This document shows positions 31,105 to 42,308 of a DNA stretch of 64,000 nt, piece by piece; within the stretch, counting starts at the first letter, position 1, and each line of letters opens with the position of its first letter. The notes below the pieces were generated by a model, which worked only from the letters and a program-made list of their open reading frames with translations, was not told the origin of the DNA and made no database searches. The stretch spans positions 62,001 to 126,000 of the forward strand of contig JAANOX010000214.1 of assembly GCA_020184695.1 (NCBI GenBank), read 5' to 3'. Position numbers and translations under genes: made by a program. The DNA comes from Histomonas meleagridis 2922-C6/04-290x (lineage: Eukaryota; Protista; Parabasalia).

Positions 31105-32295
31105 ATGTTTTCTATGAACATTTTATTGGAAGAGATATCAACCGTTAGTTTTTCAATTCATAACTGGTCAAAACAATACGAGCCAATGGAATCACGAACA
31201 ATAGAATTTGATCCTTCGACTGTAAATCCCAATGAACTACTCGAAACCCTTGTCACCAAGAAGCACATTATTGGCGTTGTAACAGCACTTGAAGCATATC
31301 ACAACGATATCAAAAAATCAACTCTTTTCTCAGTTCTTGTTTATCTTGCCAAGAATTCTAATTATGCTCATCTTGTATCTCGTTATGTCACACCTATATC
31401 CAAAAGTTATCCTGCTCAAGTTGCTTCAATACGTGCTTTTATTCTCATTCATCGATGTCCACCAGATCAAGTTATGGTACGATGTTCAGAGGCCTTAAAG
31501 ATTCTTGAGAAAGCTCGCAAAAAAGACAAGAGAAATCCACAATTACTTGAAAACATTGCATATCTCCATGCCAAAATGCATGACAAAGAGAAATCGCTTG
31601 AATACCTCAAACGGAATCTTACGTGGAACTCTGATTCCAATCATTCACGTCTTCAACTTTTATTAATGATACGAATTTTCCGATCAAATTGTCAATTTGA
31701 CGAAGCCCTTACATTAGCCAACAGTTCATATGACATATTAGGTCGCTACGACAAGTTTATACTTATCGAAGGGATGTTTTGTTCTGCCGAAAATGGCGAT
31801 ATGACACAAATGGAGTCATTTTTCCATAAACTTAAGAAATTGTTTAAAGCTGATGCGCACATTATGAGTGCCACGACACGTCTAAACATAATGTTAGGCA
31901 AATTACAAAACGCGTCCGAATGTTTCCAAAGTTGGGGCGAATTAGAATCGAATCAGCAATCGGCCGATTTCTTCTTCTGCTACTCGCAGTTATGTCTAGC
32001 GCTAAAAGAGCATCAGGAGGCCGCTCGTTATCTTGCGTATGCTGTCGAAATGGACCCATGCAACGTCCAATATATGGCCGCGTTGGCGACAACATTATAT
32101 AAATTGGGAACGAAGGAGAAGGCAAACGAAATCGCAAAGAGGGCGACGGCTGTGGACCCGTGGTGCTTCCACGCGTGGCTCGCGCTGGCAACAGTTTGCG
32201 AGGACAAAATTGAGGCTGAAGAAGCGCTGAAGAAGGCAATAGTATTAAGGAGAAAATCAGTCGATTTGACATCGATAAAGATGAGACTGAACTGA
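31105..32295 (+). CDS. TPR-repeat protein
   Basis: Multiple TPR-like units (AARYLAYAVEMDPCN, AKRATAVDPWCFHAWLALA, AEEALKKAI). Confidence 0.85.
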   Translation: MFSMNILLEEISTVSFSIHNWSKQYEPMESRTIEFDPSTVNPNELLETLVTKKHIIGVVTALEAYHNDIKKSTLFSVLVYLAKNSNYAHLVSRYVTPISKSYPAQVASIRAFILIHRCPPDQVMVRCSEALKILEKARKKDKRNPQLLENIAYLHAKMHDKEKSLEYLKRNLTWNSDSNHSRLQLLLMIRIFRSNCQFDEALTLANSSYDILGRYDKFILIEGMFCSAENGDMTQMESFFHKLKKLFKADAHIMSATTRLNIMLGKLQNASECFQSWGELESNQQSADFFFCYSQLCLALKEHQEAARYLAYAVEMDPCNVQYMAALATTLYKLGTKEKANEIAKRATAVDPWCFHAWLALATVCEDKIEAEEALKKAIVLRRKSVDLTSIKMRLN

Positions 32296-32832
32296 AAGTG
32301 TGTGGAAATCATTAAAAAAATTGTATTATAAACATTAATTAATGTTTTAAATATTTGTGTACAGAAAGAATTAGTAATTAGTTGATGATAACATGTTTCG
32401 GAGTTGATTTTTTGGTGTGTTCAACTCTTAGGTAATGTTGTTCATTGATGTTTTCGGTGTAATTTTTAATTTTCATTTGAATGAAAAGTTTTGGAAAATT
32501 CTTACAAAAAATTATTGAAGCTAATTTACAAATTTTTGTTTAAGGACTTACGGCATCGTTTTATAAAATACATTATTAAACCAGATAAAATTTTTCGAAG
32601 CACTTGATTTTTAATTAAATGTTTGGAAGAAAATAAGGAATTCTTTCCAAGTATGTCATGAGCATGGAACTGGAATATACCAATCTAGATATTATTTGGC
32701 GATTGATTCCTAAAACTTTCTAATCTTACGCAAGCATTTATCATTTTTCCATAAAAAGTTATGAACAAAATTTACAAAAATCACATATCAGAATTTGTTA
32801 CCGAATAAAATGAATGTTCAATTTCATACATA

Positions 32833-33990
32833 TTAATATTTATTCATTAATCGTATCCAAAATTCCTTTGGCACATTTGCCTTTCCTATTTCCCCGCTTG
32901 CGTACACGCATCCCTGCGCGAGTGCCGCCACTAATATCACAGGTAACAATTTCTTTACTCCTTTTTCATGAAGAATTTTTTCGAATCCGATTATGTATGC
33001 GAATACTTGCGCTGGCGCAATGAACTTAAACAAGAATTCATTGTTAATGAACAAACTGCATAATAACCAAATCAATGGAAACACTCCGAGTGGAACAGAA
33101 CGTAACAAAAGTAAAACGCTTCCAATAAACACTGTTCCATATAATAACATTAACGAATGAACATTTCGTAATTTACTTATTGATTCGGCGTTTTGAAGGA
33201 AATATTTTAATATGTTAAAGCTAAAAGTTTCGTTATCATATTTAAATGGGAAATATGTAATATACATAAACTTATCGAATGTAACGCCAATCATTTTTTG
33301 AACAAATATATAAATGATAATAAAAATGAAAATGAGAAGTGATTTAACAATGGAAAGGCTTAAAATATAAAGGATAAGGAAGATAAATAACACAATTATA
33401 CCTTCGTGTTTCGTGGTGAGACAAAGGAAAAGTGAAATGGTGAGAAAAATGAAGTGATCAATTCTATAGAAAATAAAACAAAATGAAACAAATGAAAGAA
33501 ATAAAGAGTCTGATGTGGCTGTGCTTTTAAGAAGATTCCATTTCAATGGTGCAAAACAAAGTATAATGCATGGATAAATGTATTGCGATATGCCATATAT
33601 TTTTAATAATCTGGAAAATGAATATAAAACAAGAATGAGAGAAATAAATATGGATAAAAATTGACCGCAAGTATAATTGTTGATGCAAATAAGAGAACAA
33701 AGCTTTAAAAAAATGGGATGTGTTACAAGTATCGATTTAAACGAATCTTTTTTGATCTTAAAAGAATCATAAAAAGGATCAATATCTTTAGGGTTGAAAA
33801 TTATTTTAGAAGTAGCTAATGAAATAATTGAATCTTGGAATAGTAATGGATCATAAATATCATTTTTAAGATAATAAGTAAAAAATAAGCATAACTGCGA
33901 GAAAATTCCTATGCCCCATAGTATTAAATCATTTTTGTTAATCTTCCAAAAACCTGGAGGGAGAATCCTTAAAGGCTTGTAATGTTGCAT
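32833..33990 (-). CDS. Multi-pass membrane protein, possible GT-C fold glycosyltransferase
   Basis: About 9-11 hydrophobic segments; ATSDSLFL and TKHEGII motifs resemble GT-C mannosyltransferases. First ATG at 33990. Confidence 0.6.
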   Translation of the reverse strand: MQHYKPLRILPPGFWKINKNDLILWGIGIFSQLCLFFTYYLKNDIYDPLLFQDSIISLATSKIIFNPKDIDPFYDSFKIKKDSFKSILVTHPIFLKLCSLICINNYTCGQFLSIFISLILVLYSFSRLLKIYGISQYIYPCIILCFAPLKWNLLKSTATSDSLFLSFVSFCFIFYRIDHFIFLTISLFLCLTTKHEGIIVLFIFLILYILSLSIVKSLLIFIFIIIYIFVQKMIGVTFDKFMYITYFPFKYDNETFSFNILKYFLQNAESISKLRNVHSLMLLYGTVFIGSVLLLLRSVPLGVFPLIWLLCSLFINNEFLFKFIAPAQVFAYIIGFEKILHEKGVKKLLPVILVAALAQGCVYASGEIGKANVPKEFWIRLMNKY

Positions 33991-34239
33991 CGATGAATCG
34001 AAACAGTTTAAAGGCACTGAAAATTTCAATTGAAACGATTACACTTTTTTATAAAACATGTTTTCCAACAAATAATTTTGTCATGATTATCTTGAAATTA
34101 ATTCTGAATAACAAAGTTTAAAACATTACTGTTATATCAGCGTAATATATTATATCTGCTTTTAATTTGTTATATTTAAAAAAAAATATTTTTTAATCAA
34201 ATTAAAACTAAAGAAATTTTTATTTATAAACAAACAAAT

Positions 34240-37137
34240 TTATTTTCTTATATTCATATAAGCATTCAAAGATTCCGTTGGCATCTTTTTCATACAAACG
34301 GATACAATCTTTGCTGATATGGCCGTTATTTCCCATGGGAATTCGTTTGGTGTGAAACACAACGCATTATAAATTATTTCCACCATTTGCGCTTTTCTCT
34401 TTTTACCTTTCACATTTATTCCGAAGATTCGAAACATTTCGTCGAATCTTTTTCTACCGAAAATTTTCTTTTGTAATTTCGAAATTTTCTTATATAATTT
34501 CTTTTGATTATTTTTCACCTTTTTTTTCATTTTTTTCGCCGAATAATTTAAGTTATAATTAAATTCATTTACTTCATTCATATATTCATTTAATATTTCA
34601 CTTGAATTTATTCCATTATTTAACACATTAATTATTAATTCGGAATTTTGTTTGAGCAATTTATAATTATTTGAAGTAATTATATGTTGCGCTTTATGAT
34701 GTATTATGTTCATAATTAATAAATAATATCGAACATTTGGAAGATTTGTAAACGTAACTGTTCGCGGAGTATATAATAGTTGAAATATTTTGGCAAAAAT
34801 TTGTAGCGAAACATTCGACAATTGTTTACATTGTTGAAGATATTTACGAAATGTCGACTGAATTACAACAGCTGAATGCTGCATTGCATGATATCGCTTC
34901 TTTTGCAGATACATACGAAACGTCGACTGAATTGTAACTGCGGAATGTTGCATTAACAAATAATGTTTCTTCTGTAAGTGCATTCTGAATGTCGACTGAA
35001 TTAATACTGCCGAATCCTTCATTAGAATATAATTCTTCTTCTTTAAGTACATTCTGAATGCTGACTGAATTACAACAGCGGAATGTTTCATTAATGAATA
35101 ATGTTTCTTCTGTAAGTACATTCTGAAAGTTGATTGGATTAATACTGCGGAATGTTTCATAAGTTTGTAATGTTTCTTCTGTAAATACATTCTAAATGTC
35201 GACTGAATTGTAACTGCGGAATGTCTCATTAACAGATAATGCTTGCGCTGTAAGTGCATTCTGAATGTTGACTGGATTAATACTGCGGAATGCTTCATTA
35301 ATGAATAATGTTTCTTCTGTAAGTACATTCGAACTACAGATTGGATTAATACTGCCGAGTGTTTCATCTTAAGGAAAATCATACGGACTCTGTGCATGCG
35401 TATCATCGATTGTATCACAACAGCGGAATGTTTCATTATTTTGTAATGTTTCCTTTGTACGCTCATTCGGAATGTCGACTGTATGACAATAGCTGAATTC
35501 CGCATTTCCATAAATTGCATTTTACATATGCACATTCTGGCAAAAGAGTTCATAACGATTGCAGCATTTTTCATATTTATAAATTTACTCTTTTTCACAA
35601 ACATTTTCATACTTTTCTGTATGATTAAAGCGGATTTCTTATCAATAAATTTCGACATGTAATGTGATTGGTTTGGAATGAGTGAATAAAATGATTGATT
35701 CCAAGAAGAAGGCGAAGATATATATGTATTATTTGTAATGTTAAGTTTTTGTGTAAATTGTTTTGAATATGTAACATCATTTATACCTTTAATTAAATCG
35801 CATGGATGTTTTACGTTTGTCTTTGGACATGTATACATACGAGAAACACGCCATGACGCATTTGATATAAACGGAGTTTTAACTTTTTTACGCTTTAAAA
35901 TACTTCGGTTTTTTTTGGACTCAATTGATTCCTTAAAAAATAATATTTTTGCATCATCCATATCATGAACTACTTTACCTCTTTGGTTAAAATTAGTAAC
36001 TTTGTCAACAAAAGATTGATAACATTGTGTATGAATAAAATCTTTGAAAAATGAACTGAACTCATTTTGAAAGGTATCGGTGCTATCGGCAATTTTCTGA
36101 TCGTTCATCAAAACTTTTACAAAAAAGCGAAGAAATCCTGAACGGGTCTTATTAAAACACCTAAAAAGCTCATTTTTAGATGGAAAGTTTTTTATGTTAG
36201 GAAGCCCTAAGAAGTTTTTATCAACTTTGGTGACAGATTGAAGAATTGCTTTCCGATCATCATTATGAAATAATTTACACGTCTTATTTAAAGCTTTCTT
36301 GAGCTTATAACGAGCTCTATCTTGAATTGGAGGTGGTTTATTTGTTGATGGGTAAATTATGGTTGAAGTATCAAGATTGACAATAATTACATTTGGATCA
36401 AGATTATCTAAAGATATTTCATCAGGATTAACACCAATTAGAAATGGTATTGGTGACTGTAAGATATCTTTGAGCTTATCGTTGAGACATGGAATATTAA
36501 TAGAATATGATTGAAGGGGATACATAAGAGTAATAAGAGTCTCTATAAATGGTGAAATGACACCACTAATTTTAGAAGTGAATACTATTTGCTTTTCAGT
36601 AACAATTGAAAGAATAATTAAAATTAATTGCTTAGCGGAAAATAAGGAAAATGGAAGCCAAAACGGAAGATCCATTGATGGAAGAAGATTTGGTGGTGAA
36701 CGGGAAACACAAAATTGGTATTTGTCTATTTCAAAAGTTACAGCAATTACTCCTGGAGGTGGCATTGGAATTTGGGTAAGTAAATAATTAGCAATTTTGC
36801 AATCATTTGGTTGGCTATTAAATAGTACATAGAGGATATTTTTTAATGTTTGGAAATAAGGAAGAGTTGATACAAGAGCTATTGAATAAGTTTGATCTTT
36901 TGTTTTAAAAAAAACTGAACACCCATAATGACGAGTACCATCTCCTGTTGTAATCACAAAATAATGACAATTTGGTTGCATAGAAGCTTGTGGATTCATT
37001 GGAAATAAAAACGAAGGAAGAGTTTTTTTCAAATCTTCCTCATTTCCTTGAAACGATTCGGAGTGTTGATAATGTTCATATATGTAATTACTTGGTATCT
37101 CGAAACGACAGCGAACAAAAAGATCGAAAAGCTTCAT
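34240..37137 (-). CDS. uDENN/DENN domain protein (putative Rab GEF) with about 12 tandem IQ motifs
   Basis: FVITTGDGTRHYGCS, SIALVSTLPYF, ILSIVTEKQIVFTS, QSPIPFLIG and IIVNLD DENN motifs, then SAVxIQSxFRMxLQKKHY repeats. Confidence 0.9.
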   Translation of the reverse strand: MKLFDLFVRCRFEIPSNYIYEHYQHSESFQGNEEDLKKTLPSFLFPMNPQASMQPNCHYFVITTGDGTRHYGCSVFFKTKDQTYSIALVSTLPYFQTLKNILYVLFNSQPNDCKIANYLLTQIPMPPPGVIAVTFEIDKYQFCVSRSPPNLLPSMDLPFWLPFSLFSAKQLILIILSIVTEKQIVFTSKISGVISPFIETLITLMYPLQSYSINIPCLNDKLKDILQSPIPFLIGVNPDEISLDNLDPNVIIVNLDTSTIIYPSTNKPPPIQDRARYKLKKALNKTCKLFHNDDRKAILQSVTKVDKNFLGLPNIKNFPSKNELFRCFNKTRSGFLRFFVKVLMNDQKIADSTDTFQNEFSSFFKDFIHTQCYQSFVDKVTNFNQRGKVVHDMDDAKILFFKESIESKKNRSILKRKKVKTPFISNASWRVSRMYTCPKTNVKHPCDLIKGINDVTYSKQFTQKLNITNNTYISSPSSWNQSFYSLIPNQSHYMSKFIDKKSALIIQKSMKMFVKKSKFINMKNAAIVMNSFARMCICKMQFMEMRNSAIVIQSTFRMSVQRKHYKIMKHSAVVIQSMIRMHRVRMIFLKMKHSAVLIQSVVRMYLQKKHYSLMKHSAVLIQSTFRMHLQRKHYLLMRHSAVTIQSTFRMYLQKKHYKLMKHSAVLIQSTFRMYLQKKHYSLMKHSAVVIQSAFRMYLKKKNYILMKDSAVLIQSTFRMHLQKKHYLLMQHSAVTIQSTFRMYLQKKRYHAMQHSAVVIQSTFRKYLQQCKQLSNVSLQIFAKIFQLLYTPRTVTFTNLPNVRYYLLIMNIIHHKAQHIITSNNYKLLKQNSELIINVLNNGINSSEILNEYMNEVNEFNYNLNYSAKKMKKKVKNNQKKLYKKISKLQKKIFGRKRFDEMFRIFGINVKGKKRKAQMVEIIYNALCFTPNEFPWEITAISAKIVSVCMKKMPTESLNAYMNIRK
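34840..35640 (-). repeat. 66-nt tandem repeat encoding 22-aa IQ motifs
   Basis: Near-identical DNA units, e.g. ATGTTTCTTCTGTAAGTACATTCTGAATGTCGACTGAATT on the + strand. Confidence 0.9.
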
Positions 37138-37761
37138 GACGCTATCGGCTAGATAACAACTCAATTTCAATAATATAAACTAACGTTCGCTCAAAATCGC
37201 TGAAAAAATTTTTGTTATCAAATTTTTATTTTTATCAATCTACAATTATATTATGTCCACAAACGTATATGAACTATGGCTAACGAAGTAATGATAAAGT
37301 ATGTTTATAATTAAAATTAGAATTGAGAGTTGATTTAATAATCTTTTTTCCATCATTTAAATTGTTAATCCAGGATGGCGAAATAAAAATTTTACCACCA
37401 CATAAATATGTTTACATCAATAAGATCCAATATTTCTATTTGGAAGATGAAAAAATAAAGAAAAATCTCCACCGCATCAAAAACTCGAGTTTTCTGGGCT
37501 AAGAAATTTTTCAATTATTAATAGCGGTTTTGATAACATTGAATGTTGAAAATAAGAATATTTTTCGATTAATATAATTAATATTTGATTTTAATGCACA
37601 ACACCTGTCAATATATATTTGTAATTGCAATAACTTAATATAGAATAAATAAATGGTGTATTTATTAAGATATAAATTTTTTTTATCATAACGCTCACTC
37701 TATTTACAGTTGATTACAACCGCTAAATTGAACGAGGATACGTTTTTTGGACTTGCAGAAA

Positions 37762-39042
37762 ATGATTGGGGGGAACCTGAACCTCCAAGATGTCCAAGAT
37801 GAAGTTAGATCAAAAGGAAATGCTGTTGTATTTGATCAGAGACATCTTACGAAGAAAGACAAAATTTCGTTTTTTTCTGCATTATCGATTCTTTTAAATA
37901 CAGATTTTGGAAATGATCCTTTATTCAATGGAGCCATGCTTTCGGCAGGGTTTTATCCAACAATCATAAGCATGGTTGTTATGCTTTTTTATAATATGTT
38001 TACATTTCATGCATATTTATCAACATGGTTCTTCAGGAAATATAATTCATTTGCAGCAATATGGAAAGCCAGCGAAGTTAAATATTCTTCGGTTACTAAT
38101 ATAATCAACATCTTTTCATATCTTTGGCTCTCATTCACACTTTTCGATGAGATTCCAAAGTGTATCCGAGATTTTATTGGATCCTTCACTACACTTCCAG
38201 GCATTTTACAGAATGACATTTTTTGCATATATATATTCAACATTGTTTTATTATTTCCTATTTTCTTTGCCAAAGGCTTCAATAAATTTATAATTTTATC
38301 CCACATTGGCAACTTTTGCAAGATAGTTTTGCATGTTTTAGTTGCATTTCTTCTCATCAGCTCAATTCATGTCAATGGAGTCAATCCAAATGCCAATGTT
38401 TCTTGGTCCATAAGCAATAAAGCAGGCTTTTGCTTTAATCCCATTCTCATAATGTGCTCATACACCAATCACATCTTCACAGAGAAAGTAACTCGATATT
38501 TAGAACGGCCGACACCGAAGCGAATTATTCCGATTGCATGGATTGTCAATGTAATCAATTGTGCATTCCATCTTATTGTTGGCATTCCTGCTTATCTTGT
38601 ATTTGCATCACAAGATTCGACTACTAATGTTTTGTTTAGTTTTCCCAATTCTAATAATCCGATAATTATCATTGCAAAGGTCTGTAATCTAATATGTATA
38701 GTTACAACTGCGCAAATGTATTTGTATCTTGAAGGAACTGAAATGTCCGCATTCATTATGGGAAATGAAAAGTCATCAATTGGCCAACAATTAATGTGCG
38801 GAATCGTTGTCCTATTGTTCAATTGCGCTTATGCATTAATGACTGACATATTGAAATACGTCGTAAGGATAATATGTTTAGTTGCAATTTGCATATTAAT
38901 ATTTTTGGAGCCCGGAGTGACATTCTTCATTGTGTTTAGAAAAGGTCACATACCGTTTAAGGTATTGATATGTTTGTTATTTGCTGGGTTTGTTGCATTA
39001 TTAATTCTTTCATTTACTCTGCAAGGGTCTGTCGAAGTTTAA
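37762..39042 (+). CDS. Amino-acid/polyamine transporter (AAAP/SLC38-like)
   Basis: About 11 TM segments; FFSALSILLNTDFG...AGFYPTIISM and YTNH motifs. First ATG at 37762. Confidence 0.8.
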   Translation: MIGGNLNLQDVQDEVRSKGNAVVFDQRHLTKKDKISFFSALSILLNTDFGNDPLFNGAMLSAGFYPTIISMVVMLFYNMFTFHAYLSTWFFRKYNSFAAIWKASEVKYSSVTNIINIFSYLWLSFTLFDEIPKCIRDFIGSFTTLPGILQNDIFCIYIFNIVLLFPIFFAKGFNKFIILSHIGNFCKIVLHVLVAFLLISSIHVNGVNPNANVSWSISNKAGFCFNPILIMCSYTNHIFTEKVTRYLERPTPKRIIPIAWIVNVINCAFHLIVGIPAYLVFASQDSTTNVLFSFPNSNNPIIIIAKVCNLICIVTTAQMYLYLEGTEMSAFIMGNEKSSIGQQLMCGIVVLLFNCAYALMTDILKYVVRIICLVAICILIFLEPGVTFFIVFRKGHIPFKVLICLLFAGFVALLILSFTLQGSVEV

Positions 39043-39208
39043 ATAATAAATGTAAATCGTGCAAAAATATATTTGTATTTGAAGCAAATGAAATATTTTG
39101 TCGTTGTCTCAAATTTTCACTGTGATACAATCGTTAAGTGCATTTTTGAATACATTATTTCCACTTTTTGATTTTCATAGTATCGGTAAAAGTGGAATTA
39201 TCTCCAAA

Positions 39209-40594
39209 ATGATAGAATTGGAGAATGTTTCAGCGCTGCAAGAATTTGGATTAAGCTGTAATAAAAACCATTCCCAAGGTGAAGAGATTGATTCTAATTT
39301 GCTCGATTTATTTGTAGATCTCTTTTCAAAACTAATTGACTTTTGTCCAAGTGAAAAAGGTCCTCAAATGATGGCATTCCTTACATGCATCACAAGCGAC
39401 AAAAATAATTTGAGACCAGAATTATTTGTTGAGTATGATATTTCCAGCTTTTTTCAAAGTTTTTTGCAAATTCAAATTCCAAGTATATACACATCTTATA
39501 CATTGAACCTTATAGTTATGATGATTGATTATAGTAAGGATTTTGCAATCTTTTTTATAAGCCAAGGATTTTTTCAAATTTTCCCAATTTTTTTTGATTC
39601 TACAGATGAAAACATTATCTTACAGCTTTCATCAATTTACTCTGTTTTAACTGACTATAAAGATATCAATCAAGATATTATTTTTGCGATTTCCAAAACG
39701 TTTTTCAAAACTGCTTACAACATCGTCAACAATATTACCAATATAAATACCGCAATTAACTGTCTCATATATTTTAATAATAATTTTTCTTTTGATTTTG
39801 AAATTTCAGATGAAAATTTTTACTTACTTTTTCAGCTTTTTACTAAAACATGTAATTCACCTAATATTGAAGTTGTAAAACATTCCATTAATTGCCTAAC
39901 ACAACTCATATCTTCTAAAGACCATCGTGATAAGGACTTTCCAATCGTCGATTTAACAAAAAACACATTTATTATCATTCGTAATTTTGATAACACTGAT
40001 ATCAATCTTTCAATCGTATGTTTAAAATTCATTTGTTCAATGTTTTTGGTTTATCAAAACTCTCATAACTCTACTCTACCACTTGATCTCATTCCTTTTT
40101 TTGACTACGAGATTCTATATCATATGATGTTTCACTCTGATTATAATTGCCAACTTTTTTGTTCTCTCTTCTTTCAAACGGTCGCACATAATGGACCACT
40201 TTTTATACAGTCTTTGATCGTAAACCGCTTTCCGGAAGCTGTTCCAAATATTTACGAAACCGCCAAATACACACCGTCACTTTTTATATCGGCTGCCATA
40301 AAGGAAATTTTTTACCTGGGAACAAATGAACAAGTATATTTAATTCTTCAAACCCAAGTAATCCCACCTTTTTTAGCATTTATTTCTAATTGCGATAATG
40401 AATTTTCGGAAACAGGCTTACACGCTTTGATTTGCGCAATCCAACGGTTCAATAATAATGAACAAAAGGTAATAAAACATGCTTTCGAAAATGAAACCAC
40501 ATTAGAAGCACTAGATTCAATGACAAAAAGCGAAAATCAACAGTTAGCTGAGTTAGCATTCAAGATTTTAGAGATTCTTGAATTTGAGATTTAA
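39209..40594 (+). CDS. ARM-repeat protein
   Basis: Helical repeats (VKHSINCLTQL, QVIPPFLAFI, LEALDSMTKSENQQLAELAFKIL); first ATG at 39209. Confidence 0.7.
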   Translation: MIELENVSALQEFGLSCNKNHSQGEEIDSNLLDLFVDLFSKLIDFCPSEKGPQMMAFLTCITSDKNNLRPELFVEYDISSFFQSFLQIQIPSIYTSYTLNLIVMMIDYSKDFAIFFISQGFFQIFPIFFDSTDENIILQLSSIYSVLTDYKDINQDIIFAISKTFFKTAYNIVNNITNINTAINCLIYFNNNFSFDFEISDENFYLLFQLFTKTCNSPNIEVVKHSINCLTQLISSKDHRDKDFPIVDLTKNTFIIIRNFDNTDINLSIVCLKFICSMFLVYQNSHNSTLPLDLIPFFDYEILYHMMFHSDYNCQLFCSLFFQTVAHNGPLFIQSLIVNRFPEAVPNIYETAKYTPSLFISAAIKEIFYLGTNEQVYLILQTQVIPPFLAFISNCDNEFSETGLHALICAIQRFNNNEQKVIKHAFENETTLEALDSMTKSENQQLAELAFKILEILEFEI

Positions 40595-41188
40595 AATCAG
40601 TAATAACAAACGTATCAATTATGGATTTGGTCATGTGACATCTCTCATTAATTAATTTGAAATGACCAACTTGGGATTTTTATCCTTATGTTCAAATACT
40701 CCTCTGTTTTTTGTTTTATTAAATTGTAACATGTCTTATTTTTCATTTTAACACTTGTTTATTTTTATGATTTTTGTAAAAATCTGCTTCTTTGATGTAA
40801 TGCTCACTGATATAGAACCACATGACAATGATTACATAAAAAAAGAATTTAGACCATTATAAACCAGATACAGATACGTATGTGATAAGACTCAGATTGT
40901 TAATGAGAATGATCATTTTTGTCTCAGTCATGAAGAAGACATTTTTTCACAGCGTCTTATTAATGTTTTATCATTTGAGAGATTTAAAATTTATTCAAAT
41001 AGAAAAATTCCTTAAACTCTTTTAACAACTAATATTTATAAAAAAATCTTTTGGCTTATTGTAAATTTTATTCCAAAAGTATTTACAGTAAATGGAAAAC
41101 ATCAAAATGTTATCTAAGTGCACAGTCAAATGTTATTTGAATGAATTAAAATCAAATCAACAAAACACGTTTATAAACAATTACTTCA

Positions 41189-42229
41189 TTAAAGAAGTTT
41201 GCATGCGCAATTTGAGTGATTTGTATCATCCTTTGACGCAATTGATTGAGTTTCAGGTAGCACCAATTCGCTTGCCTTAGGCAACTTTGGTATTGGAGAG
41301 TATCGTTCAATTTGTTCCTTTTTGAAGTATTCCCAATCATATCTCGAAAACAAATCGAAATTCATATTAACTAACGATTGGAGGATAAGTTGTATGATGT
41401 ACTCATAGTGGGGTACACTGGTGAACGTTAGTGTGTTGATGTAACGATAGATTTCTTGGAATTCTTGTGGAAATCGCTTGAAAAGGCTTTTCGGAGACAT
41501 GCGAGCCTTCGCGCGATGAACCTGCTCGTTGTCGTGGATCGTGGACCATGGGAGACGACCTTCAACAAGCTCAACGAGAGAGTAACACCATGAAATGAGA
41601 TCATCTCGACGACATTGATCACGAGATTCATGGACATAAACTGAAGCATACTTGGCAGTGCCCCTAAAACCACATTTCTTACGCTCAGGAAATGGTTCAT
41701 TTGTTTGTGGATCAATGAATTTACGTGATAAGCCAAAATCAATAAGAGCTAGTGGATTTTGGTGCCCGTAACGGAGAAGAAAGTTACCAGATTTGATATC
41801 GCGGTGGATAAAACCATGCTTATGGAAATCTTCAATACATTGAACCATGAATATTCCAATTCGAAGTGTTGTCCCAAGGCTAAGAGAATGACTAGGGGTT
41901 TGTCGACGAGTATTAGAAACAGATGGTCCAAGGAGTTCCATAACAAGATAACGTTCTGACTCTGTTTGACCGGTTTCATATAATTTGGCGAAAAATTCGG
42001 AATCTTGAACTTGAGAAAGAATTGCAACCTCAGTCTCAAGGCCTTGTTTTTCAGCTGTGATGCTTTCAAGCTTCATTGCATATATTTCTTCAGATTCATC
42101 TTTTTGTACAGTGTATATATCGCCATAGCCTCCTTGACCAATGAGCTTAACAATCACATAATCTGCAATCGTGTCACCTGGGTCATGAGTTTTTCGAGAG
42201 GCACGTGATGATGTCCTGTGTGCAAACAT
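41189..42229 (-). CDS. CK1/TTBK-family protein kinase with C-terminal CaaX-like motif
   Basis: IGQGGYG, YAMKLE, HRDIKSGNF, LIDFGL, FRGTAKYAS and RRDDLISW motifs; ends CACKLL. Confidence 0.95.
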   Translation of the reverse strand: MFAHRTSSRASRKTHDPGDTIADYVIVKLIGQGGYGDIYTVQKDESEEIYAMKLESITAEKQGLETEVAILSQVQDSEFFAKLYETGQTESERYLVMELLGPSVSNTRRQTPSHSLSLGTTLRIGIFMVQCIEDFHKHGFIHRDIKSGNFLLRYGHQNPLALIDFGLSRKFIDPQTNEPFPERKKCGFRGTAKYASVYVHESRDQCRRDDLISWCYSLVELVEGRLPWSTIHDNEQVHRAKARMSPKSLFKRFPQEFQEIYRYINTLTFTSVPHYEYIIQLILQSLVNMNFDLFSRYDWEYFKKEQIERYSPIPKLPKASELVLPETQSIASKDDTNHSNCACKLL

Positions 42230-42308
42230 CTTTTTCACTTCTGTCAAACAGATCTGAAAACGTTAGCAGTAAACGTTCATTTTTTGACAAAGTTTGTTCG
42301 ATATTAAA

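Noticed and set aside
14958-37137. Functional cluster of trafficking genes (BspA, Rab11, DENN)
   Set aside because: They are interspersed with unrelated housekeeping genes, and these families are highly expanded in trichomonads, so co-location is expected by chance.
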